64,000 nt of DNA. Origin: Deltaproteobacteria bacterium. Its GTDB lineage: Bacteria > Myxococcota > Myxococcia > Myxococcales > SZAS-1. This document shows positions 51,375 to 59,582 of the stretch, one piece after another (position 1 is the stretch's first letter; each line of letters starts with the position of its first letter). The translations under genes were made by a program, and so were the position numbers. Location of the stretch: NCBI GenBank assembly GCA_018266075.1, contig JAFEBB010000025.1:26613-90612 (forward strand). Direction: 5' to 3'. The notes beneath the pieces are model-generated. The model saw nothing but the letters and a program-made list of their open reading frames with translations. It had not been told where the DNA came from and searched no databases.

Positions 51375-52937
51375 TCAGTGCGCGGGCGTGGCGAAAAGCT
51401 TCCGCACGCTGGTGAAGGCCTCGGCCACCTCGCCCGCCTTCTGGTAGCGCGCCGCCGGGTCCTTCATGAGCAGCTTGAGGATGATGGCCTCGAGCTGCGC
51501 CGGCAGGCGCGGGTTGAGCGAGCGCGGCGGCGGCGGGTCTTCCTTGAGCTGCTTCTTGAGCAGCTTGAGCATGTCCTTGTCGCCGAAGGGCACGCGCCCG
51601 GTGCACATGCGGTACGCGGTCACGCCGATGGCGTAGAGGTCGGTCGCCGGCGAGACCTTGCTCGAGTCGACGATCTGCTCCGGCGCCATGAACTCCGGCG
51701 TGCCCACGCCCATGCCCGGCGAGGTGAGCTTGGCCGCCGCGGAGAACTTGGCGATGCCGAAGTCCATGATCTTCACCACCCGCTGCTCGGTGATGAAGAG
51801 GTTCTGCGGCTTGATGTCGCGGTGAATCACGCCCACCGCGTGCGCTGCCTCCAGCCCGCGACAGGCCTGCACGAGCAGGTCGAGGCTCTCCGACACCGCG
51901 ATGGGCTGCGCCAGGCGCTCCTTCAAGTCCTGGCCCACGAGCAGCTCCATGGTCAGGTACTTGTGCTCCGCGTAGGTGCCGATGTCGAAGAGCCGCACCA
52001 CGTTGGGGTGCGCGATCGATCGCGAGGAGAGCAGCTCTTGCTTGAAGCGCGCGAGCAGCGTCGCGTCGTCCATGCGATCGAAGACCTTGACGGCGATCTG
52101 CTGGCCGATCTCGCGATCTGTCGCGCGAAAGACGCGGCCCATGCCGCCGCGGCCAATCAGCGGCCCCAGCTCGTAGCGCTCGGCGATGACCGCGCCCTCT
52201 TGAAAGCCCGGCTCCAGCTTCGCCGGGTTTACGCTCGACGGCCGGGCCTGTGCCGCTTGCAGGTCGCGCGTGTTGCGCCGCGCGGGCGTGCCGGTCGACG
52301 AGGTCATGCGCTGCGGCGGCCGCGTGGTCTGCTCCTCGAGCTCGGGATCGTCGGGTGGCTCGGCCTTGGGTGGCGCCGTGAACCTGATGGGCGTGGCCAC
52401 CTTGGGCGGCGTGGCCATCCTCGGCGGCGCGGGCGTGCTCGACCGGGTGGGCGCGCGCGGCTGGATTTTGGTGGGCTCGGGGGCGTCGAAGAGCGGCTCG
52501 AGCTGCAGCATGGTGGGCGGCACGTCGCCCGTCTGCGTGTTGGGCCGGCCGATCTGCGTCTTCTCATCGGACAGGTCGGACGAGGCGGAGCGGAGCGTCT
52601 TCTCCGGCGCGCCCGGCCCAAAGCGATCGGAGCGCTCGAGCTGGGTCTCGATCTCGTCGGCCGCCTTGTTGAACCCGCCTTGCCGCAGGAGCGAGGCCGC
52701 GTGCTGGGCGCGCGCGCGCAGGTGCGGATCGCGCAGGGTGGCGAGCTCGTTGGTGCGCACGCCGAGCGTGTTCAGCAGGAGCTCCGCGCCCTCGATGAAG
52801 CGGCGCGCCTGGCCCAGGGCGCGGGCAGCCTCGTCGTGGGCCTCGGCCTGGACGAACTCACGCACGGCGGCGTCGAGGTCGCCCTTCTTCAAGAGATTGC
52901 GAGCGTTCGCAAGGATCTTGGGGTCGGCGGTGGCCAT
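51375..52937 (-). CDS. Hanks-type Ser/Thr protein kinase with C-terminal kinase domain
   Basis: Track ORF 51375..53027 trimmed to ATG 52937. GRGGMGRVFRA, AVKVF, HRDIKPQN, DFGIAK and GTPEFMAPE all present. Helical N-terminal region and a Pro-rich linker. Confidence 0.9.
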   Translation of the reverse strand: MATADPKILANARNLLKKGDLDAAVREFVQAEAHDEAARALGQARRFIEGAELLLNTLGVRTNELATLRDPHLRARAQHAASLLRQGGFNKAADEIETQLERSDRFGPGAPEKTLRSASSDLSDEKTQIGRPNTQTGDVPPTMLQLEPLFDAPEPTKIQPRAPTRSSTPAPPRMATPPKVATPIRFTAPPKAEPPDDPELEEQTTRPPQRMTSSTGTPARRNTRDLQAAQARPSSVNPAKLEPGFQEGAVIAERYELGPLIGRGGMGRVFRATDREIGQQIAVKVFDRMDDATLLARFKQELLSSRSIAHPNVVRLFDIGTYAEHKYLTMELLVGQDLKERLAQPIAVSESLDLLVQACRGLEAAHAVGVIHRDIKPQNLFITEQRVVKIMDFGIAKFSAAAKLTSPGMGVGTPEFMAPEQIVDSSKVSPATDLYAIGVTAYRMCTGRVPFGDKDMLKLLKKQLKEDPPPPRSLNPRLPAQLEAIILKLLMKDPAARYQKAGEVAEAFTSVRKLFATPAH

Positions 52938-53068
52938 GGTGTCGCCAGAAGCGACAGACGCAGCGTAGCCCACCTCCCGGGGTGTTCGCGCGTCTTGCCG
53001 GGCCATTGGGGCTCCGCTAGCGTGCACCCCGGCCGGAGCGTTTCACTCCGCTTTCCGGGCCTCCGCGA

Positions 53069-53452
53069 ATGAAGTCCCACAAGGTCCGCGCGCTGGTGGT
53101 CGACGACAGCCCCATGCTCCGCAAGAGCGTGGTGGCCGCCTTGCGCCGCATCGACGCCCTTCACTGCGTGGAGGCCGGCGACGGCGGCGAGGGCTTGAAG
53201 CGCCTGTCGAAGGAGCACTTCGACATCCTCCTCACCGACATCAACATGCCGGTGATGGACGGGCTCAAGCTCATCGCGGCCGTCCGGCAGCCGCCCCTCG
53301 GGCTGAAGATCCCCATCGTGGTCATCACCACCGAGTCGGACTCGAAGGACCGGGACCGGGCGCTCGCGCTGGGCGCCACCCGCTACATGGTGAAGCCGGT
53401 GCAGGCGCCCGAGGTCATCGCAGCCGTGAAGGAGCTGCTGGACCTGCCGTAA
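53069..53452 (+). CDS. CheY-like single-domain response regulator
   Basis: ALVVDDS, DILLTDINMP, YMVKPV. Paralogous to 42380..42781. Confidence 0.9.
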   Translation: MKSHKVRALVVDDSPMLRKSVVAALRRIDALHCVEAGDGGEGLKRLSKEHFDILLTDINMPVMDGLKLIAAVRQPPLGLKIPIVVITTESDSKDRDRALALGATRYMVKPVQAPEVIAAVKELLDLP

Positions 53453-53512
53453 GCATCGCTACTCCCTTCGCGGCCCAGTGGGGCTATCATCTGTCCGCAC
53501 CTTTGCGCGGGA

Positions 53513-55243
53513 ATGCGGGGAGACATGTCCGAGCCCAAGCTGCGACTGGGGGAGCAGCTCCTGGCCGCCGGCCTCATCACCGATGAGGGCCTGCGCGAGG
53601 CCCTCGCCGAGCAGAAGGTGGAGGGCGGCTACCTCGCCGACCGGCTGGTGGAGCTCGGGCTGGTGGACGAACGCAACCTCCTGCGCTTCCTCGCCGAGCT
53701 CACCGGCGCCAAGTACATCACCGTGGACACGCTGGCGAAGGCGCAGCTCCCGCCCGAGGCGCTCGAGAAGGTGCCCGCGCGGCACGCGGAGCTGCTGTGC
53801 GTGCTGCCGCTCGCCTTCGACGCCCGGGACAGCGTGCTCACCCTGGCCGTGCCCGAATTGGAGCAGGGGCTCTTCGAGCAGGTTCGGCTCGCGGCGGCGG
53901 TGGCGAAGGTTCAGCCCATCGTGGCCCTGCGGGCGAGCATCCGGGCGGGCATCCGGCGCTTCTACTACGCGGACCACTACGCGTTTGCGACCCTCGATCA
54001 CGGCACCGCCAAGCCCGTCGTTCGGCCGGCGGTGCGCGAGAGCATCATCGCCCGCTCGAGCGCGCCCAAGCCGATGCCGCAGCCGAAGGCGGCCGAGGAC
54101 ACCGAGCGGCTGCGCAACGAGCTCAACCGCTGGAAGGCGGTGGCCGAGCTCTCCCGCGTGCTGGCGCGCGAGCGGAACGTGAAGGCGCTCTTGCACCGCG
54201 CGCTGGCGTTCGCGTTCGACCAGATCCCCGCGGACGACGGCGTGGCGCTGCTCTGGGACCCCAAGGCCAAGCAGCTCGTGCCGCGCGGCGTGCGCGTGCG
54301 CTCGGGCGAGGTGGCCGAGGTGCCCGTGTCGGAGACGCTGCTCAAGGAGATCATCTCCGAGGGCGGCGCCATCACCACCGACGCCACCGTCGACGAGCGC
54401 TTCTCGTCCTCGGAGAGCATCATGGCCTCGGCGCTGCGCTCGGCCCTGGGCGTGGCCTTGAAGGTGAGCGATCAGCTCTCGGGCGCGCTGGTGTTCGGCA
54501 CCCGCGGCGAGAACGCGGCGGTGTTCAAGCCCGAGGACCTGGCGCTCGCCGAAGAGCTGGCCAAGGAGCTCGCGCTGGCCATCGAGCGCATCCAGACCTT
54601 CCGCCGCGAGGAGACCGAGAACCTCCAGCGCGACCGCTACTCGAAGCACTTTCCGCCGGCCACGGCCGACCAGATCAACCAGGGCGCGCTCAAGCTCCCC
54701 GAGGGCGGCGAGCGCTACCGGGCCACGGTGCTGTCGGCGCGGGTCATCGGCTCCTCGGCCGAGCTCGGCGACGACGCCACGCCCAGCTCCATGGTGGGCA
54801 CGCTCTCGCTTCACGCCGAGCAGATGTCGGACGTGGTCTTTGCCCACGGCGGCATGGTGCTCGACAACCCCGGCGCGCACACCGTGGCGCTCTTCGGCGT
54901 GCCCCGGGAGCGTGGCGACGAGCTCGACCGCGCGGTGATCACCGCTCGAGAGCTGCTGGAGCGGGTGCAGTTCGCCAACGAGCTCCGCATCGCCGAGGGG
55001 CGGCCGAGCCTGGAGATCTCCATCGGGATCGCGCGGGGCGACGTGATCGTCGGCGTGGTGGGCGAGCGGATGCGAAGCCAGTTCACGGCGCTGGGCCACG
55101 CGCTCTCCCGCGCGCAGCAGCTCGTCTCCAGCGCGCACGCGGGCGAGTTGGTGCTCGACGACGAGGTGGCGCAGGCCATCGAGGGCCGCGCGGGCGCCCT
55201 CGAGCCCGGCCCCATTTCCGGCAGCCAGAGGGTGAGGAGATAG
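53513..55243 (+). CDS. MshEN (T2SSE_N) - GAF - degenerate class III cyclase-homology-domain protein
   Basis: RLGEQLLAAGLITDEGLREALAEQ matches the MshEN 24-residue motif. Central GAF domain. The C-terminal CHD-like domain has its catalytic positions substituted. Alternative start ATG 53525. Confidence 0.85.
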   Translation: MRGDMSEPKLRLGEQLLAAGLITDEGLREALAEQKVEGGYLADRLVELGLVDERNLLRFLAELTGAKYITVDTLAKAQLPPEALEKVPARHAELLCVLPLAFDARDSVLTLAVPELEQGLFEQVRLAAAVAKVQPIVALRASIRAGIRRFYYADHYAFATLDHGTAKPVVRPAVRESIIARSSAPKPMPQPKAAEDTERLRNELNRWKAVAELSRVLARERNVKALLHRALAFAFDQIPADDGVALLWDPKAKQLVPRGVRVRSGEVAEVPVSETLLKEIISEGGAITTDATVDERFSSSESIMASALRSALGVALKVSDQLSGALVFGTRGENAAVFKPEDLALAEELAKELALAIERIQTFRREETENLQRDRYSKHFPPATADQINQGALKLPEGGERYRATVLSARVIGSSAELGDDATPSSMVGTLSLHAEQMSDVVFAHGGMVLDNPGAHTVALFGVPRERGDELDRAVITARELLERVQFANELRIAEGRPSLEISIGIARGDVIVGVVGERMRSQFTALGHALSRAQQLVSSAHAGELVLDDEVAQAIEGRAGALEPGPISGSQRVRR

Positions 55244-55246
55244 CCA

Positions 55247-55966
55247 ATGAGCGAGCTCGACCCGGGACTCAGCGGTGGGCCGTATGTCCCTGCGACGCAG
55301 ACCAGCCGCTTGGCGGTGTTCTCGTTCTTCTCGTCGCTGCTCTGCTTGCCTGGCATCTCGGGGCTGCTGGGCGTGCTGCTGGGGGCGCTGGCGCTGCGGC
55401 AGATCAACAGCACCAACACCATCACCGGCTCCAACCTGGCGCTCACCGGCATCCTCGGTGGGCTCATGAACCTCGTGGTGTGGGGCGGCGTGGCCCAGCA
55501 CTACGCCGAGGTGCAGAAGCACATCGACGAGCCGACGTCGGCGTTCATGGCCGCGTACCTCAAGTCGGAGGCCGATGGCGAGGCCGCTGCCGCGCCAGGC
55601 CTGCGCCCGCTCATGCGCCACGGCGAGGGCGAGCTCATCCGCAAGGCGCTCCTGGAGCGGTTCGGCGGCTTCAAGGAGCTCGGGCCGCGCAGCAAGTTCG
55701 ACTACAAGTTCGACATCAAGGGCGAGCACATCTCGACCACCTACGCGATCGTCTTCAACAACGGCGCGCCCTGCACCGGCCGCTTCGAGTACGCCACCAA
55801 CGAGAAGGAGCTCCGGGTGGTGGGCTTCGAGTTCACCTCGCCGGTGCTTCGCGACCTCACCATCAACAACCAGAACGGCCTGCACGGCAAGTCCACGCCG
55901 GACGTGGGCGACTTCTCGGAGCCGTCGAGCAACGATGCCGCGTCGCGGCTGAAGTCGTTCAAGTAG
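55247..55966 (+). CDS. DUF4190-like membrane protein with soluble C-terminal domain
   Basis: Two TM helices (LAVFSFFSSLLCLPGISGLLGVLLGALAL; ALTGILGGLMNLVVWGGV). Starts 3 nt after the upstream stop. Confidence 0.7.
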   Translation: MSELDPGLSGGPYVPATQTSRLAVFSFFSSLLCLPGISGLLGVLLGALALRQINSTNTITGSNLALTGILGGLMNLVVWGGVAQHYAEVQKHIDEPTSAFMAAYLKSEADGEAAAAPGLRPLMRHGEGELIRKALLERFGGFKELGPRSKFDYKFDIKGEHISTTYAIVFNNGAPCTGRFEYATNEKELRVVGFEFTSPVLRDLTINNQNGLHGKSTPDVGDFSEPSSNDAASRLKSFK

Positions 55967-56022
55967 AAAGTCAGGCATCGAACCGGGCCGAGCCCCATTG
56001 TTGAAGGAGCCGAGGGCACTCC

Positions 56023-56580
56023 GTGACCGCCAGCCAGCCCCAGGATCCCAGCGCCTTGCCTGCCGCGCCGCTGCGCCTCGTGCCCGCCGGGCCCGAGCAC
56101 GCTGGCCTCTGGCTGCGCTGGCGTGACGAGCGCTTGGCCCAGCGCTTCAACCCGCTGGACACGATGACGCTCTCCGACCTGCGCCGCCGCCTCGAGGGCT
56201 GGGACGGCCGCCTCACCGATCGCCGCCGCGACGAGTACCGCTGGCTCATCCTCCACGGCGAGGAGCCGGTGGGGACGGCCGCGCTGATGAAGCCGTCGTG
56301 GCGCATGGGCTACGGCGAGATCGGCTACCTCATCAGCGAGCCCTTTCAGGGCCGCGGGCTGGGCACGCGGGCGGTGCGACTCCTCGTGACCCACATCTTC
56401 CAGGAGACGGCGCTGCGAAGGCTTCAGGCGCTGGTGAGCGTGGAGAACATCGCCTCGCAGCGGCTGCTGGAGCGGCTCGGCTTCACCTACGAGGGCACGC
56501 TGCGGCAGTACTTCGTCATCCAGGGCAAGCCGGTGGACGAGAAGCTGTACGCCATGCTCCGCGGCGATTGGCGTCAGTAG
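56023..56580 (+). CDS. GNAT-family N-acetyltransferase (RimJ/RimL-like)
   Basis: GYLISEPFQGRGLGTRAVRLLVTHIF...NIASQRLLERLGF acetyl-CoA-binding core. Confidence 0.85.
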   Translation: MTASQPQDPSALPAAPLRLVPAGPEHAGLWLRWRDERLAQRFNPLDTMTLSDLRRRLEGWDGRLTDRRRDEYRWLILHGEEPVGTAALMKPSWRMGYGEIGYLISEPFQGRGLGTRAVRLLVTHIFQETALRRLQALVSVENIASQRLLERLGFTYEGTLRQYFVIQGKPVDEKLYAMLRGDWRQ

Positions 56581-58991
56581 GCTTCGCGGACCACGGTGGT
56601 GAACGCGAGGCCGCCGTCGCCCAGCGGGCAGCCCTGGCTCCAGGCCACCCAGAGGTCCGTCTGGCCCGCGGCGATGCTGGGCGCGGTGTTGATGCACTCG
56701 GGCCGCTCGGCGATGGCGCCGCCGTTGGGACCGGGATCGGCGGTCCAGGGATCGTCCTGGCTGGCGGCGAGCGGCAGGTGGTGGAGGGCGATGTTGCCGC
56801 TCGCGGTGACCACGAAGATGGTGCGGCCGAGCTGCGCCGCAGCCAGGTACTCGTCGGCGGGCAGGGCATTGCCAATCGCCGAGAAGTCCGCTGCGCTGCC
56901 CGCGGGTACGGAGCCCGTGCTGTAGAGCTGCGCGGTGCTGCCGTTCTCGTTCTGCAGCACGAAGGGGACGCCGTCGGCCTCGAAGAGGAAGAAGTCGGAG
57001 ATCGTCGGCACCGGGCTGGTGGAGCCGACGGCCGGGTAAGCGCCCGTGTCGCGCTGGAGGACCTGGACCACCTGGTTGTTCGAGCCGCCGGCCGGGTCGC
57101 GATCCACGGCGCCGACGAAGAAGTCGCGCGCGCTGCCGGCCGCGCGCACCCACGTGGTGGCGGAGACCGAGGCGTTGGTGAAGGCGAGGTTGATGGCCGG
57201 GTCGAGCGTGCCCGCGCTGGGGTCGAAGGGCTGGAGGCTCACCTCGCCATTGCTGGCGTCGGTCAAGATGACGATGAAGAGGCCCGTGCCGTCGGAGAGC
57301 TCGCCGTAGACGTCCTGGCTGCCGTTCGGAAATCGCTGTAGCCACGTGCCCCCCGCGTACTCGTAGAGGTCGTAGGTGGTGGGGCCGCGGTCGTTGCCCA
57401 GCAGCGCGTAGAGGTTTCCGCCGGCCTGCGCGAGGTGGTGGTGGCCCGCGATGGGGTCGTCGCCCTGGGTGAACTGGTCGGACACGCAGCCCGACGGGTC
57501 GGTGGGCACCAGTCCGGCGTCGGTGACGTCGAGCGGGTAGAAGCGGCCATAGTCCATCGCGTTCGAGTCCGACGCGCACGCGGCCGCGCCGCGCTGGCGG
57601 GAGATCACGTGCACGCCGCCCGGCGTCCAGGCGATGACCGGCGTGGTGTCGAGGTTGGTGGCATCGACGGAGACGTTTCCGCTCACGTCGCTGAAGAGCC
57701 GCCAGCGGATGGCGTGCGGCGTGAAGTGCAGCGTGAACGGCACCACCGAGGTCGGGTTCGCGCCGTCGGTTCCGAGCACGTTCTGCACGCTCAGCGTGTA
57801 TCCCGTGTCCAGCGCGAGCGGCGTGTCGTAGGTGAGCGTGATCGTGCGCGACGTGGCGTCGTAGCTGAGCGTGCCGGAGATGAGTTGGTTGCTGCCGTCG
57901 GCGGTCACGCTCACGTTCGCGGGATCGGTCGCCGAGGTCGCGCTCACGTCGAGGGTGAAGGTGACGCGCGCGCCGAAGATGGCGTTCTGATCGGCCGTCG
58001 AGGGATCCGACGCGAGCACGTACAGCGTGCCGTCCGGCGTGATGTTGCCGCCGTCGCCGCCGTTCGGGCCCGCGTCAGTTCCGCTGGTCGGGAGCGGTGT
58101 GGTTCCGAGCGTCGTCTGCACCGCCGTGAGCTCGCCGGCGAGCACGACCACGTTCGGGATGGGCGCGTCGACGTAGCCGTCGTGATGCACGGCGACGGCG
58201 TACACGCCCTCTGCGATTCCGTCGAAGCGGCCGTCGCCGTTCGAGTCGGTGGTCGCGTCGGGCGGCAAGCTTCCCGCGCCGGTGAGGTGCAGCTTCGTGC
58301 CCGACTTGTCTGCGGCGGGGTTGAGCTCCACGTGCACGCTGAGCGAGCCGGTGCCAGGCGGGCCCTGGTGCGGTGTGAGGATGATGTCGTCGACGGTGAA
58401 GAGCTGGCCTGCGCCGAGCGCGAGCGCGCCGAGCGTGACCGGCTCGTAGCCCGTGAGGAACACCGACAGGGTGATCGAGCCCGCCGGCAGGCCGGCGAGG
58501 ATGAAGCTCCCGTCGTCGGCGGTGGTCACCGTGAACGGCCCCTGCGGCACGAACACCACTGCGCCGCCGTTGCCGCCGGGCGAGTCGAGCGCGTCGCCGC
58601 GGCGCACCCGGCCCTTTACCGTGGCAGGACGCGCGACCACGATGTCGCCGGTGTCGATCTGCAGGCCCGGACCCGCGTGCAGATCGGCCAGGCTGAGCGC
58701 GCTCCGGCGATCGATCTGGCCGTCGCCGTCGCTGTCGAACTCCACGAGCAGCGTGCCGTCGGTGATGGTGATGCCCGAGAGCAGGAAGCGGCCGTCGCTG
58801 CCGCAGGTCGTGGCCAGCGAGCTGCCGAGCAGGCCCACCCGCGCGCCGCCCGCGGGCTCGAGCTCTCCCGAGGCGCTCCGCTGGACGACCACCCGACCGT
58901 AGAGCGTGCCGGGCTGGCTGGCGACCGGCGCGTCGAAGCTTCGCGAACATCCGCAGAGCAGGGCGAGCAAGAGCAGGACAGGGCGGCGCAT
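56574..58991 (-). CDS. Large lipoprotein with CarboxypepD_reg-like, Ig-like and beta-propeller-like regions
   Basis: Track ORF 56574..59135 trimmed to ATG 58991. MRRPVLLLLALLCGC lipobox. Three G.V...G.P..GA.V....T..DG.F-type modules. 7-nt convergent overlap with the GNAT gene. Confidence 0.8.
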   Translation of the reverse strand: MRRPVLLLLALLCGCSRSFDAPVASQPGTLYGRVVVQRSASGELEPAGGARVGLLGSSLATTCGSDGRFLLSGITITDGTLLVEFDSDGDGQIDRRSALSLADLHAGPGLQIDTGDIVVARPATVKGRVRRGDALDSPGGNGGAVVFVPQGPFTVTTADDGSFILAGLPAGSITLSVFLTGYEPVTLGALALGAGQLFTVDDIILTPHQGPPGTGSLSVHVELNPAADKSGTKLHLTGAGSLPPDATTDSNGDGRFDGIAEGVYAVAVHHDGYVDAPIPNVVVLAGELTAVQTTLGTTPLPTSGTDAGPNGGDGGNITPDGTLYVLASDPSTADQNAIFGARVTFTLDVSATSATDPANVSVTADGSNQLISGTLSYDATSRTITLTYDTPLALDTGYTLSVQNVLGTDGANPTSVVPFTLHFTPHAIRWRLFSDVSGNVSVDATNLDTTPVIAWTPGGVHVISRQRGAAACASDSNAMDYGRFYPLDVTDAGLVPTDPSGCVSDQFTQGDDPIAGHHHLAQAGGNLYALLGNDRGPTTYDLYEYAGGTWLQRFPNGSQDVYGELSDGTGLFIVILTDASNGEVSLQPFDPSAGTLDPAINLAFTNASVSATTWVRAAGSARDFFVGAVDRDPAGGSNNQVVQVLQRDTGAYPAVGSTSPVPTISDFFLFEADGVPFVLQNENGSTAQLYSTGSVPAGSAADFSAIGNALPADEYLAAAQLGRTIFVVTASGNIALHHLPLAASQDDPWTADPGPNGGAIAERPECINTAPSIAAGQTDLWVAWSQGCPLGDGGLAFTTVVREAY

Positions 58992-59133
58992 CGCGCGAGT
59001 GTACCGGCTCGCTCGCTCTTCGCGTCTTCCCATTTTCTTGCAGATCGAACCGACGGTCTGGCCCGCGTCGGCCGAGCAGCAGCCCGAGCGCCGTCGGCTT
59101 CCACCCGCGCGGTCGCGTGCGGACCTTCTGCCC

Positions 59134-59511
59134 ATGGGCCGGACGTTTCCGAACCTCGATGCCGTCCGCGTGACGGTCCCGGGCTACTACTTCAACGCGA
59201 AGCTCATGAAGCTGGCGCGGCTCTCGATTGGCGAGAAGCTGCCGCACCATGTGGGCGCCTGGGAGTTCGTGGCCCCGGAGCACGCCATGAGCTCCAGCGA
59301 GGTGGTTGCCGCGCTGCGGCGTGAGCGGCCGGAGCTGGACTTTCGGAGGCTCACGTACACCGTCCGCAGCCCGCTGGAGCGGCGCTTCCCCATTGGGCTG
59401 TCGCCGCGCGTCCAGCTCATGCGCTACGCGCTGGTGGCCCTGGGGGCGCTGGCGCTGGGGGCGTGGGCCGGGAGCCTGAGGCGTCGTCGCCGACGCAGAC
59501 TGTGGGTCTAG
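59134..59511 (+). CDS. Hypothetical protein with C-terminal TM anchor
   Basis: Track ORF 58906..59511 trimmed to ATG 59134 (the upstream part overlaps the divergent gene). C-terminal LMRYALVALGALALGAWAG followed by an Arg tract. Confidence 0.5.
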   Translation: MGRTFPNLDAVRVTVPGYYFNAKLMKLARLSIGEKLPHHVGAWEFVAPEHAMSSSEVVAALRRERPELDFRRLTYTVRSPLERRFPIGLSPRVQLMRYALVALGALALGAWAGSLRRRRRRRLWV

Positions 59512-59582
59512 GTGGCATCGCTGCGGGCGGGCGAGCGGGTGGCCTATACTCAGGGGGCTTGGTTCTTCGCTGCGAGCAGGGA

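Noticed and set aside
53007-53021. Sigma-54 promoter TGGGGC-N5-TAGC upstream of the response regulator
   Set aside because: GG and GC are correctly spaced, but the flanking bases match the consensus TGGCAC-N5-TTGC poorly. It cannot be supported without TSS data or an adjacent enhancer-binding protein, so it is mentioned only inside a finding.
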